A stretch of DNA of 61,934 nt from a virus. Taxonomy: Duplodnaviria; Caudoviricetes. Under the pieces are notes generated by a model that worked only from the letters and a program-made list of their open reading frames with translations, had not been told where the DNA came from and did not search any database. Positions within the stretch are counted from its first letter, which is position 1. Every line of letters begins with the position of its first letter. The stretch covers positions 1 to 61,934 of IMG/VR virus record IMGVR_UViG_3300037133_000055; one strand, given 5' to 3'. Both the position numbers and the translations under genes were made by a program. Below, piece after piece: positions 1 through 7,620 of this stretch.

Positions 1-269
1 ACACTTAAACTCATCCTTCTCTAAATCTACTATGACATTTATGATCGGCATTACATCTCTGGGCTTTGTGTTATCTTTATAGTGCATGTCGTACATATGT
101 GCAGATACAAACTGTATCTGCGTTTCCTCTAAGTAGGCATAGGGCGCGAAGCCGCGTTCTTTCATTTTATCCTCTACTATTTGCTTATCTAACAACAAGA
201 CCATCTCCTAGTTATTATTTTTATTGCCTTCCTATAATGTCTTCTACCAATCACTCCGATCGTTCTCAT

Positions 270-353
270 TTAATAGCCCTTGTATTTAAGATACTGAATA
301 AATATCTTGGGATGATTAACATACATAGAGCAGAGTTCATACAGATCGTACAT
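270..353 (-). CDS. Small hypothetical protein (27 aa, MYDLYELCSM...)
   Basis: SD AAGGGG upstream of ATG; same strand as neighbours; below ORF-track cutoff. Confidence 0.35.
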   Translation of the reverse strand: MYDLYELCSMYVNHPKIFIQYLKYKGY

Positions 354-432
354 GTCTTCCCCTTTCATCTTTAGTAAAATTCTCACGATACCTTTGTTTA
401 GCTGTCTCTAACGCCTCATTGTGTGACATAGA

Positions 433-651
433 CTACACCTCCTCCCACCATCGTCCTGGTCCCATAATATGTAAGCAATCAGGGCAGAAAATATCTCTGC
501 CCCAGTCAAACGACATGATCTCTGGGTCTGTTTCAAGCAACCCAGTATAATGATCATCAGTTTCTTTGCCACACACCGTATGAAGTTCGTCCTTCATCAA
601 GTGAGAGACAACTTTCTTTGCAGAGATATCATTCTTGTAGAAGTATTTCAT
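433..651 (-). CDS. Hypothetical protein with HxxC...CxxC (possible Zn-binding)
   Basis: Strong SD AAGGAGG; motifs HTVC and CPDC. Confidence 0.75.
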   Translation of the reverse strand: MKYFYKNDISAKKVVSHLMKDELHTVCGKETDDHYTGLLETDPEIMSFDWGRDIFCPDCLHIMGPGRWWEEV

Positions 652-680
652 CTAATTAACCCTCCTTATTTTAGTAAGGC

Positions 681-712
681 AATAAAAAGGATCGCCATTT
701 TCAACGATCCTT
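681..712 (-). terminator. Intrinsic terminator for leftward transcription
   Basis: Stem AAGGATCG/CGATCCTT followed on the minus strand by TTTTTATT. Confidence 0.65.
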
Positions 713-787
713 AAAAACACTAAGCCGAAGGCTATATTTCTCTGGATACTTGAACACCATGATTAGATAGATTAGTTTGAGTAGCTT

Positions 788-926
788 TGATTATGCAAAA
801 GAGACCTGGCTAGACTCTGGTGCTCTGATTGTGCAGAAGAGAGGTTGATTGTGCAAAAGAGATGCTGGTTGTGCAAAACAACTGCTGATTGATTGTGCAA
901 AACAACTGCTGATTGTGCAAAAGAGA
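788..926. repeat. Six direct repeats of a 17-mer, consensus TGATTGTGCAAAA(G/C)A(G/A)(A/C)
   Basis: Copies start at 788, 826, 846, 866, 890, 910 (spacings 38, 20, 20, 24, 20). Confidence 0.9.
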
Positions 927-964
927 GGCATTCCCCGAGCACCAAAGCTTCCCGACCAGGCACA

Positions 965-1291
965 TTATGCAGGGCCTATACGCATGCGCGTAACGAGGCC
1001 CTGTACCTCTACACAAAAGACACTAGGGTGCCAGTCATTATCCATCTCCACCAACAAACAGAAGCAGTCCTCTACTAACTTCAAAGCATCTACTATGTCT
1101 TCACGCATGCATGTTATGCTATGGTCTACACCTGCTAGAGTGAGACCATCATTGCACTGAGATATCTCCCGGGCGAGCACTCCATGAATTACATCTATGG
1201 GAGACACTACTTCATATACTGCATTCTTATTATGCACTTTTATCAACCTCCTGAGATTTAGTATGCTACCAACATCGTGAGTTAGTAGCAA
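965..1291 (-). CDS. Hypothetical protein
   Basis: 108-aa ORF on the early strand with globular-looking composition; start uncertain, no clear SD. Confidence 0.55.
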   Translation of the reverse strand: MLLTHDVGSILNLRRLIKVHNKNAVYEVVSPIDVIHGVLAREISQCNDGLTLAGVDHSITCMREDIVDALKLVEDCFCLLVEMDNDWHPSVFCVEVQGLVTRMRIGPA

Positions 1292-1474
1292 GTTTGTTTA
1301 GTATGCGTTCCGACGCAACACCACCTTTGAAGAATATACATACACATAGGGTGAGATTGTTAACACCAACCAGCAGTATTACCCAGTTCAGTATAGAGTT
1401 AGCATAGTTAGTATTAACTCTCTCACCGGCGCTACACCAAGATATCTACACAAACATGCAGATATCTGACAATC

Positions 1475-1615
1475 TTAACATTGTTCGTCGTACTCGGGCT
1501 CGTAGGTCATGACGTATTCGACTATCTGCTTGATCTCATCGAAGGCCTTCTCTGGCCACAGAAACTCGTGGTTAACAACATCGCTAATCTTTTCAAACGC
1601 TTCTTCCTTATTCAT
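1475..1615 (-). CDS. Small acidic hypothetical protein (46 aa, MNKEEAFEKISD...)
   Basis: SD GAAAGGGG upstream of ATG; not in ORF track. Confidence 0.7.
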   Translation of the reverse strand: MNKEEAFEKISDVVNHEFLWPEKAFDEIKQIVEYVMTYEPEYDEQC

Positions 1616-1684
1616 GTCTGTACCCCTTTCTAATTTAATTAGTCTTGATATACTGGAATGGTAAGATCGTTACATCCAGGTAAC

Positions 1685-1948
1685 CTACTTATCCCAGCCG
1701 TCACCAAACGGAGGCTCGTCCATGTTCTCGTACAGGCAGCACTTGAGACACTGATCAAGATGCTCCTGACTACCCCTACAGAGCGGGTATGGATCATTAT
1801 TCGACGTATAGCAATCAGGACATTCACTGACAATCCGGGAACCGTTCGCAAACACAAAGCCACGGTCTTTCAATTTAGTCGGCCTCTCACCCGACTGTGT
1901 CCTCACTGCATAACCAGAAGCTCTACTCTGGATAGAACTGTTGACCAT
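1685..1948 (-). CDS. Hypothetical Cys-rich protein
   Basis: CPDC, C, CLKC motifs; start uncertain. Confidence 0.5.
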   Translation of the reverse strand: MVNSSIQSRASGYAVRTQSGERPTKLKDRGFVFANGSRIVSECPDCYTSNNDPYPLCRGSQEHLDQCLKCCLYENMDEPPFGDGWDK

Positions 1949-2133
1949 AGCTGAGCAGGATGACCTGACAATTGTTGTTGATACACACTGGCTTCTTATG
2001 CCAGTATGATACTCCTATCTCTGTCAAGGAATGTTCCAAACCAGAATTGCAAACATCTCTAAGAAGAAACAGGGATAGGAGTCTGCAAACACCACTGATG
2101 AGAAATGCTACATACCCCCCCCTCGTATACGAT

Positions 2134-2179
2134 CTCGCCGCCGAAGGCGACTGTACAGGAAACAGTCGCCGGAGGCGAG
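2134..2179. other. Long interrupted hairpin
   Basis: Outer stem CTCGCC/GGCGAG and inner stem GGCGACTGT/ACAGTCGCC, just past the stop of the 2186 gene. Confidence 0.65.
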
Positions 2180-2185
2180 GTGTTG

Positions 2186-2539
2186 CTAGAACTTTCTTGG
2201 TATGAAAGTCTGACAGAACTCCGCCCTTTCTCTCATGGCATCAAACTCCATTGACACCACAGATCTATACTGACGACGTTTATCATTAGCAGATGGATCC
2301 GTAACGAACCCACCTCTGACAAACGCCATACGGTTTGAGTTGATCATCTTAGCAACAGAGTTGCACACGCAGCGTTCTGTTGCAGATAGATCAGCCCATG
2401 CTGATTTCTCTGGCTCATCTTCCATATCGCACCCTTTGCAGGAGCTATACGGAATGTGCTGCATGCTCATCCAGGGATCATCCCCAGACAAGGCTTTGTC
2501 ATATGCTAAAAAGTGTTGACACATACTGCATATTTTCAT
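2186..2539 (-). CDS. Hypothetical Cys-rich protein
   Basis: SD AAAGGAG before ATG at 2539; CSMC, CKGC, CVC motifs. Confidence 0.7.
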   Translation of the reverse strand: MKICSMCQHFLAYDKALSGDDPWMSMQHIPYSSCKGCDMEDEPEKSAWADLSATERCVCNSVAKMINSNRMAFVRGGFVTDPSANDKRRQYRSVVSMEFDAMRERAEFCQTFIPRKF

Positions 2540-2562
2540 TAGACTCCTTTCAGCCAGCTCCC

Positions 2563-2679
2563 TCATCTGAGTGGAGACTTACAGCTAACACCATTGACAA
2601 GCAGATAGAGCTCAAGATTGCTCATATCTGTCACGTCAACGTACTCACCGTCGACGAACAACATGATCCTGTCATCCAT
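2563..2679 (-). CDS. Small hypothetical protein (38 aa, MDDRIMLFVDG...)
   Basis: SD AGGAGGTG; not in ORF track. Confidence 0.7.
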   Translation of the reverse strand: MDDRIMLFVDGEYVDVTDMSNLELYLLVNGVSCKSPLR

Positions 2680-2696
2680 ATCAATCACCTCCTCTC

Positions 2697-2754
2697 TAGT
2701 GCTAATAGGCACTATAAAGGGCAGGAGTTCATTCTCCTGCCCTCTGGTAGCACC
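2697..2754 (-). terminator. Structured intergenic element 1 (terminator or processing-site-like)
   Basis: 10-bp hairpin followed by TTTATAGTGCC on the minus strand; same design as 3222-3282. Confidence 0.6.
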
Positions 2755-2756
2755 GA

Positions 2757-3164
2757 CTAGCGGTTGTTGAACGCAGCAACAACCTCGTCAGTAATTCTGT
2801 CACCAAGCGACTTGGTGAACCCAGTGAGTGACGCATACTGAGTCACACCTTTGGCATCCTTATAGCTCCGGCTGGGAGCCATGAGCGCAGTCCACTTGGT
2901 ACCCTTCTTGCTGGTGAGCTCCCTCAGAGAGAAGCCCGTCATGACCATCCCCTTGAAGATGAGGGTGGTGAAGGCCAGCAATGTGTCACTGGTATTGTTG
3001 GCAGGTGTATGAAACGACACACCTATCAGCCCTGCACTACTCTCAGGGATTAATACGGTCTCCTTCCAGTTGACATAGACACCAGATTCTGTTGCCACGG
3101 TATGAACCATAGCGGTCAGTTTCTTCATGTCTACGGAGGCTACTACTGTGTTGGTGTTTTCCAT
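2757..3164 (-). CDS. SpoVG-like nucleic-acid-binding protein
   Basis: C-terminal half LLAFTTLIF..MVMTGF..ALMAPSRSYKD..Y..ITDEVVAAF resembles the SpoVG pattern (A.A.v.f...G......f.amPSrk...Y.d.....i...vl.ay). Confidence 0.6.
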   Translation of the reverse strand: MENTNTVVASVDMKKLTAMVHTVATESGVYVNWKETVLIPESSAGLIGVSFHTPANNTSDTLLAFTTLIFKGMVMTGFSLRELTSKKGTKWTALMAPSRSYKDAKGVTQYASLTGFTKSLGDRITDEVVAAFNNR

Positions 3165-3221
3165 TTGAACCCCTTTCTGACCGTCTGCTTCCTCTCATGA
3201 GTGAAGGCTAATGACGATCGC

Positions 3222-3282
3222 AGCACCCTATTTCAAGGCACTATAAAACCCAGGACCTTACGATCCTGGGCTATGGTAGTGC
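3222..3282 (-). terminator. Structured intergenic element 2
   Basis: CCCAGGA/TCCTGGG hairpin followed by TTTTATAGTGCC on the minus strand. Confidence 0.6.
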
Positions 3283-3288
3283 ACTGAA

Positions 3289-3489
3289 CTACTCGTCTTC
3301 CTGAACAAGGTGGCCAACGCCGATCACATCGTCGACCATGTAGCTACCATCCACATCATGGATGAAAGCATTGACCATCTGGCAGCGAGAGAACCACTTG
3401 CACTCGCCACCCTCGTCAAAGCAGATGCCATCGCAGGAAGCCTGATATGCCTCCTGCTCACGTACTATCTCATACATCATTGGTAACAT
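3289..3489 (-). CDS. Small hypothetical Cys-containing protein
   Basis: SD GGAGG before ATG at 3489; four Cys. Confidence 0.65.
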   Translation of the reverse strand: MLPMMYEIVREQEAYQASCDGICFDEGGECKWFSRCQMVNAFIHDVDGSYMVDDVIGVGHLVQEDE

Positions 3490-3552
3490 GTCTTCCTCCA
3501 CAGAGAATAGAGGCCTCTCACCCTCTCAGTCTTCACTGTAATACTGGACAAT

Positions 3553-3819
3553 CTATTCCCCGGGGTATACAATAAACACGGGTGTTCTATCTACCGTTAA
3601 CAAACGGTAGGCAGACTGGAAGCTTTTGCGGAGCTGCCCAGTCTTAGTAAACCAGGCGGCCGGGACTCTAATCTCCCGGCCATTTTTAGTTATCACCATG
3701 TCTGCAATAGGACCAGACATGGCCAACCGAGGCCGTTTTGGACGAGACCCATGTGTCATACCATGAGCCCCTCTTGCAATCAGTCTCATTTCTTTTTGAT
3801 CCTGTTCCCAATCAGTCAT
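3553..3819 (-). CDS. Basic hypothetical protein
   Basis: SD GGAGGT before ATG at 3819 (MTDWEQ...). Confidence 0.7.
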   Translation of the reverse strand: MTDWEQDQKEMRLIARGAHGMTHGSRPKRPRLAMSGPIADMVITKNGREIRVPAAWFTKTGQLRKSFQSAYRLLTVDRTPVFIVYPGE

Positions 3820-3854
3820 GTCTTTACCTCCACAACAATCTCCAGAGCCTCTAT

Positions 3855-3935
3855 CTACTCTGGGATTAAAGCAATCAGAACACACGCTACAACAAAACAA
3901 AATCCTAACACCTCTGCTAGGTGCAGTATAGCCAT
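3855..3935 (-). CDS. 26-aa single-pass membrane peptide (MAILHLAEVLGFCFVVACVLIALIPE)
   Basis: SD AGGAGGTG; almost entirely hydrophobic. Confidence 0.6.
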   Translation of the reverse strand: MAILHLAEVLGFCFVVACVLIALIPE

Positions 3936-3970
3936 ATCAATCACCTCCTCTCTATTAATGAATAGACTAT

Positions 3971-4096
3971 TTACTGATTCTTGATACAAGTCCGGCATAC
4001 ATCGCCGGACTTCCATGCACAACCAGAGCACACGTTACCTGCCTCTGCATCCTCTATCATCTGGATGAGAGCCAGGAACTCTGCTGACTTCTCCAT
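3971..4096 (-). CDS. 41-aa protein with CxxC...CxxC
   Basis: SD AGGAGGTG; CSGC and CRTC motifs. Confidence 0.7.
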   Translation of the reverse strand: MEKSAEFLALIQMIEDAEAGNVCSGCAWKSGDVCRTCIKNQ

Positions 4097-4149
4097 GTGT
4101 TCACCTCCTAGACAACGCAAAGTACATCTCCTTGAGATGTCGATCAGGA

Positions 4150-4177
4150 GAGCAGTTTAACGCCATGCTCAGGGCGT
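4150..4177 (-). ncRNA. Compact H-type pseudoknot ACGCCCTGAGCATGGCGTTAAACTGCTC
   Basis: Stem 1 ACGCC/GGCGT; loop GAGCA pairs with downstream TGCTC; intergenic. Confidence 0.55.
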
Positions 4178-4181
4178 AATA

Positions 4182-4550
4182 CTAGAGTGTTGCTGCAGCC
4201 AATAGGACGGAATCACCAAGACCATTGAACAACGTCTGTGCAAGATGCAGAGCCTTGTCTAAAGGACAGAAGATATTAGTACTGAGGTCAGAGAAGATTA
4301 CCTTATAATCAACATCGCCTTCCCCATCTGATACTTCTTGAATGTCCAGAGCGAAGTCATCAAAAGCAATCTCGTTATCGTTAACATCGTCGAACGAGAA
4401 GATAAGAGCAAGTTCTTCCTCTACTTGATCGGCCAGGTCAACAAGAACTTCAACCGGCATGAATCAGTTGCTTAGGTAATCTACTGCTGCTTTCTGAGAC
4501 TCCTTAATACAGACTGCTGATACCTTGCTAATTCCCTCTACAAAGTTCAT
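4182..4550 (-). pseudogene. Acidic hypothetical protein interrupted by one in-frame TGA (nonsense mutation or readthrough)
   Basis: SD AAGGAG and ATG at 4550, 28 codons, TGA at 4464-4466, then the same frame continues 93 codons; no SD before the internal ATG at 4460. Confidence 0.5.
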
Positions 4551-4814
4551 GTATCTCCTTCTGTCGCCCACTGTTACTCCCCCAACAGGGTGGAGTGTCC
4601 AGGGCGACCCGCGTCTGATGAGGGTGGGGCTCGAAACACAGACCATATCCCTCAAAACACGTGTCTATATCCCAGGCATATTAAAGATGTTCCAGCATAT
4701 TAAACATTCCCCACGATTTCCTCTCCCCCAGAATTGTCTCTCTTCTATATAACAATGCGTTATGCCAATATTTTTTTATACATGAAAAGGTCTCTATAAA
4801 TAAATTTTGGTATA

Positions 4815-4856
4815 AGTGTAAAATGTGTTCTTTTTTGCTGTCCTTTAATAGTAGAG
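4815..4856 (+). promoter_or_regulatory. Candidate phage late promoter, copy 1
   Basis: 38/42 identical to 53507-53548; lies just upstream of the first virion-operon gene. Confidence 0.7.
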
Positions 4857-4885
4857 GGTTAATTAAAAAAGAGGGCGATATCAAC

Positions 4886-5512
4886 ATGATGGAGCTGGTC
4901 GCGACCACTGATCTGTCATCGGCATGGAATGTTAGTCCCCGTGGCAGAAAAGCGTTGGACCGTGCCGTTCAGTTGAGGACACACCAGCAAGCATTCTACT
5001 CGGCTATACCTATTGTATGTAAAGCAGAAGAGTGTCCCTATGCAGAGACATGTCAGCTGCTTGATGAAGACCTCGTTACAGTAGGTGACAAGTGTCCATT
5101 AGAGATAGCTGCTGTTGAACAACTCTTCCAAGCTTACGTAGACGAACTACATGTAGATAACATCATCGACTTATCTTTAGTTAAAGAGCTAGTCGATCTT
5201 GATATAGGAATTTTAAGATGTGAGAATAAGTTGGCTATAGACGCTGACATTATTCAGGAGATCAATTTTGCTATTACCCAGCGAGGGCAACTGATCACAC
5301 AGCCTGCGATTCATAAGGCTGCTGAATATAAGGATAAACTTCTTAATAGAAGACACAGTATATTGCAGCTACTACACTCTACCCGTAAGGACAAAGAAGG
5401 TAGTAAGCTGACTATTAACTATGATCCCTCATCCAGGGCTGCTGAACTTCTTGAAAGAGCTGAAGCTTACAAGAAGGCTAAGGCCATCGACATCGAGGGT
5501 GGTAGTGAATGA
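4886..5512 (+). CDS. Probable terminase small subunit (Cys4 motif, helical)
   Basis: First gene of the late operon; C..CPY..C..CP motif then helical region; SD GAGGG favours ATG at 4886; assignment is positional. Confidence 0.5.
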   Translation: MMELVATTDLSSAWNVSPRGRKALDRAVQLRTHQQAFYSAIPIVCKAEECPYAETCQLLDEDLVTVGDKCPLEIAAVEQLFQAYVDELHVDNIIDLSLVKELVDLDIGILRCENKLAIDADIIQEINFAITQRGQLITQPAIHKAAEYKDKLLNRRHSILQLLHSTRKDKEGSKLTINYDPSSRAAELLERAEAYKKAKAIDIEGGSE

Positions 5513-5528
5513 GTGGGGTGATAGATAA

Positions 5529-5978
5529 ATGAGTAAAGCTACACTCGTAAGAGGCCTTCTTGATGATGCAGGCGAGTTGCTCTCCAAGGGCAGACTAGAA
5601 GCAAACCAGGCAATTAACGAGTTCCCAGGTTTAACACATTCGGCTACCGTAGCCAAGGATCAGATTATGGATAGCGTCAATAAGGCCTTAAGTAGGACTA
5701 CATCACACGAGGAAAAAGCAGCGGCTGTTAGACGTGGGTTCGGAGCTGTTGCAGATTTCTTTGTGAGGGGCGACCGCGACCATATGGGAGAGCTATTGCA
5801 CAATCAGAGCTGGGGAACTAGCGCTGCTCGTATCGGTGGGGCTGCTGTATTAGGAGCCGCTGCAATTGGCGGAACTAAAGCAGTAGCAAGAGGCATTGGT
5901 AATTCTACAATTGGACAGGATGCATTAGTCGGTGGAGCTATTGTCGGTGGAGCTATTGGTCTGCCCTTCTTACTATAA
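5529..5978 (+). CDS. Hypothetical protein with Gly/Ala-rich hydrophobic segments
   Basis: IGGAAVLGAAAIGG and ALVGGAIVGGAIGLPFLL. Confidence 0.8.
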   Translation: MSKATLVRGLLDDAGELLSKGRLEANQAINEFPGLTHSATVAKDQIMDSVNKALSRTTSHEEKAAAVRRGFGAVADFFVRGDRDHMGELLHNQSWGTSAARIGGAAVLGAAAIGGTKAVARGIGNSTIGQDALVGGAIVGGAIGLPFLL

Positions 5979-6346
5979 TGAGTGCTGCACAGTTTCTCAC
6001 TGGATTTGCTAAGAACAGCGTTCGCTTTTTGAATGAAGCTCGCGGTGTTACTGCAGATGCTATTGACAATACTCACGCAGCAGCTAATGCACTACTTACC
6101 CGAGACAAGAAGTTTCACCATCTCACATTTTCTAGGTTAGGTAAGGGATTATTAGTTGGCGGCCTTGGTATTGGCGCCGTCAGTGAGTTTAATAAAGATA
6201 CAGAAAGAGCTGAGACGGGAACAGTAACACCTGGCTTTAATCCGTACCCAGCTAATACATATGATGGTCAGTCACCACAGTCTCCTTATAGTACAGGAGC
6301 AGATGGTAATCTGGTGTTTGCATTACATAATCTACGACATGGATAA
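5978..6346 (+). CDS. Hypothetical protein with a Gly-rich hydrophobic segment
   Basis: Coupled by TAATG overlap; GLLVGGLGIGAV. Confidence 0.8.
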   Translation: MSAAQFLTGFAKNSVRFLNEARGVTADAIDNTHAAANALLTRDKKFHHLTFSRLGKGLLVGGLGIGAVSEFNKDTERAETGTVTPGFNPYPANTYDGQSPQSPYSTGADGNLVFALHNLRHG

Positions 6347-6360
6347 GGAGTATACATATA

Positions 6361-6639
6361 ATGGCTAAGTCAGTTGCACCTAACAACAATGGCAATCCTG
6401 GGACCCTCGGTGGATTCAATTTCTCTTCGCCTTCATTCGGTCCTTTCCCTCAGGTAAATACCTTCAAGTCTGCCACTCCTGGCGATCCGAATCAGGTTGC
6501 CAAGAACGCACCAACTCAGGCGCCACTCTGGACTCAACTTCTAACTCCTCCTCAGGCAAACACTGCATCCCTTGCGAAGTCAATGTCTGTACCGGCACTA
6601 AAGATTAGAACAGGCAACCCGGGAGGCCTTGGTCAGTAA
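6361..6639 (+). CDS. Pro/Asn/Gly-rich small protein
   Basis: SD AAGGAG; low-complexity composition. Confidence 0.75.
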   Translation: MAKSVAPNNNGNPGTLGGFNFSSPSFGPFPQVNTFKSATPGDPNQVAKNAPTQAPLWTQLLTPPQANTASLAKSMSVPALKIRTGNPGGLGQ

Positions 6640-6777
6640 ATGGCGGTTAAGGGTGGAACTAGAGCACAGACGATTCAGCTAACAAAGAATACTACACTGC
6701 AGGTACTGGCTCAGCCAACGCTCGGTAAAGATGCCGCAGCCTGGCTGAGACCTACGGTGATTAAGAAAGGAAAGTAA
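6640..6777 (+). CDS. 45-aa basic protein (MAVKGGTRAQ...)
   Basis: Starts immediately after the previous stop with SD GGGAGG; fills the gap; not in ORF track. Confidence 0.65.
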   Translation: MAVKGGTRAQTIQLTKNTTLQVLAQPTLGKDAAAWLRPTVIKKGK

Positions 6778-6783
6778 GTAACT

Positions 6784-7221
6784 ATGGCAAATGCAGCCGC
6801 TCCGACTCCTAGTGGATTTTCAAAGCTACGTCACGTATTCCAGAAGTATCAACTGGATAAAGGACTTGGAGCGCTTAGCTTTGGTATAGATTACATGACT
6901 GATCGCAAGCAAGGCAAGAGCGTTATGTCGTCTCTTGCCAGTGCTGGGGTAAGTAATGCTGCATATATACTCTGGCCAGAGTACGGTCTATTGCAGATTG
7001 GCGCTCAGTTTGGAACTATGGGTGCAGCAGCCCTGCTAAACAATGCCAAGGGCAACGAGTACAAGAGGCAGACGATGGCCAACCGCGGGTACATTGGTGG
7101 TGGCTATCAGGACACGCAGGCTAACGCTACGATGCGTCAGGCTGGTATGCAGTCAATAGCTAACTCCTACGCTAATGTAAATACCGCCTTCGGCAACGAA
7201 GCGAGAATGTATTCGGGGTGA
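6784..7221 (+). CDS. Hypothetical protein, possibly virion-internal
   Basis: SD AAAGGA; Ala/Gly-rich. Confidence 0.8.
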   Translation: MANAAAPTPSGFSKLRHVFQKYQLDKGLGALSFGIDYMTDRKQGKSVMSSLASAGVSNAAYILWPEYGLLQIGAQFGTMGAAALLNNAKGNEYKRQTMANRGYIGGGYQDTQANATMRQAGMQSIANSYANVNTAFGNEARMYSG

Positions 7222-7227
7222 TAGGCA

Positions 7228-7617
7228 ATGTCTGACAGATCATTATTTGAAACGGTTGCTGGTTTTTTTAGGAGTGGCGCTAAGGCAGGAAGACGTACTA
7301 TCATGGAAGAAGGAGGAAAGGCAGAAGAAGATCTACAAGCTAAAGCCTTAGGTCACGATCTAAAACAAAGTAGAGACAATAATCTTTTTTCTGGCGAAAC
7401 GAAACCTAATACAAAACGTTCAAGTCTGCCAGGTGGAGAACTTGCGTCAAATATGTCTGTTGGAGATAGATGGAGAAACCTTAGCCCATATGCGAGAGGT
7501 GGAGTTTATCTAGGCGGTGGTGCCTTGGCTACTGCTGGCATTGTTTCTGCATTGCATGGTCGTCAACACAGAACTCCTAATTCAGAACTTTATTCTAATC
7601 CATATGGCGTGATGTAG
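7228..7617 (+). CDS. Hypothetical protein with a C-terminal hydrophobic segment
   Basis: GGVYLGGGALATAGIVSAL. Confidence 0.8.
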   Translation: MSDRSLFETVAGFFRSGAKAGRRTIMEEGGKAEEDLQAKALGHDLKQSRDNNLFSGETKPNTKRSSLPGGELASNMSVGDRWRNLSPYARGGVYLGGGALATAGIVSALHGRQHRTPNSELYSNPYGVM

Positions 7618-7620
7618 CTT

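Noticed and set aside
66-374. + strand 102-aa ORF and other + strand ORFs in 1-4800
   Set aside because: No SDs; they overlap SD-supported minus-strand genes.
788-926. CRISPR array or coding repeat
   Set aside because: Gaps between units are only 3-21 nt and are not unique spacers; no cas genes; the 20-nt period breaks frame, so the overlapping ORFs at 772-1160 look spurious.
4464-4466. Genome-wide stop-codon reassignment
   Set aside because: TAA, TAG and TGA all end well-defined genes, and the long ORFs are intact under the standard code.
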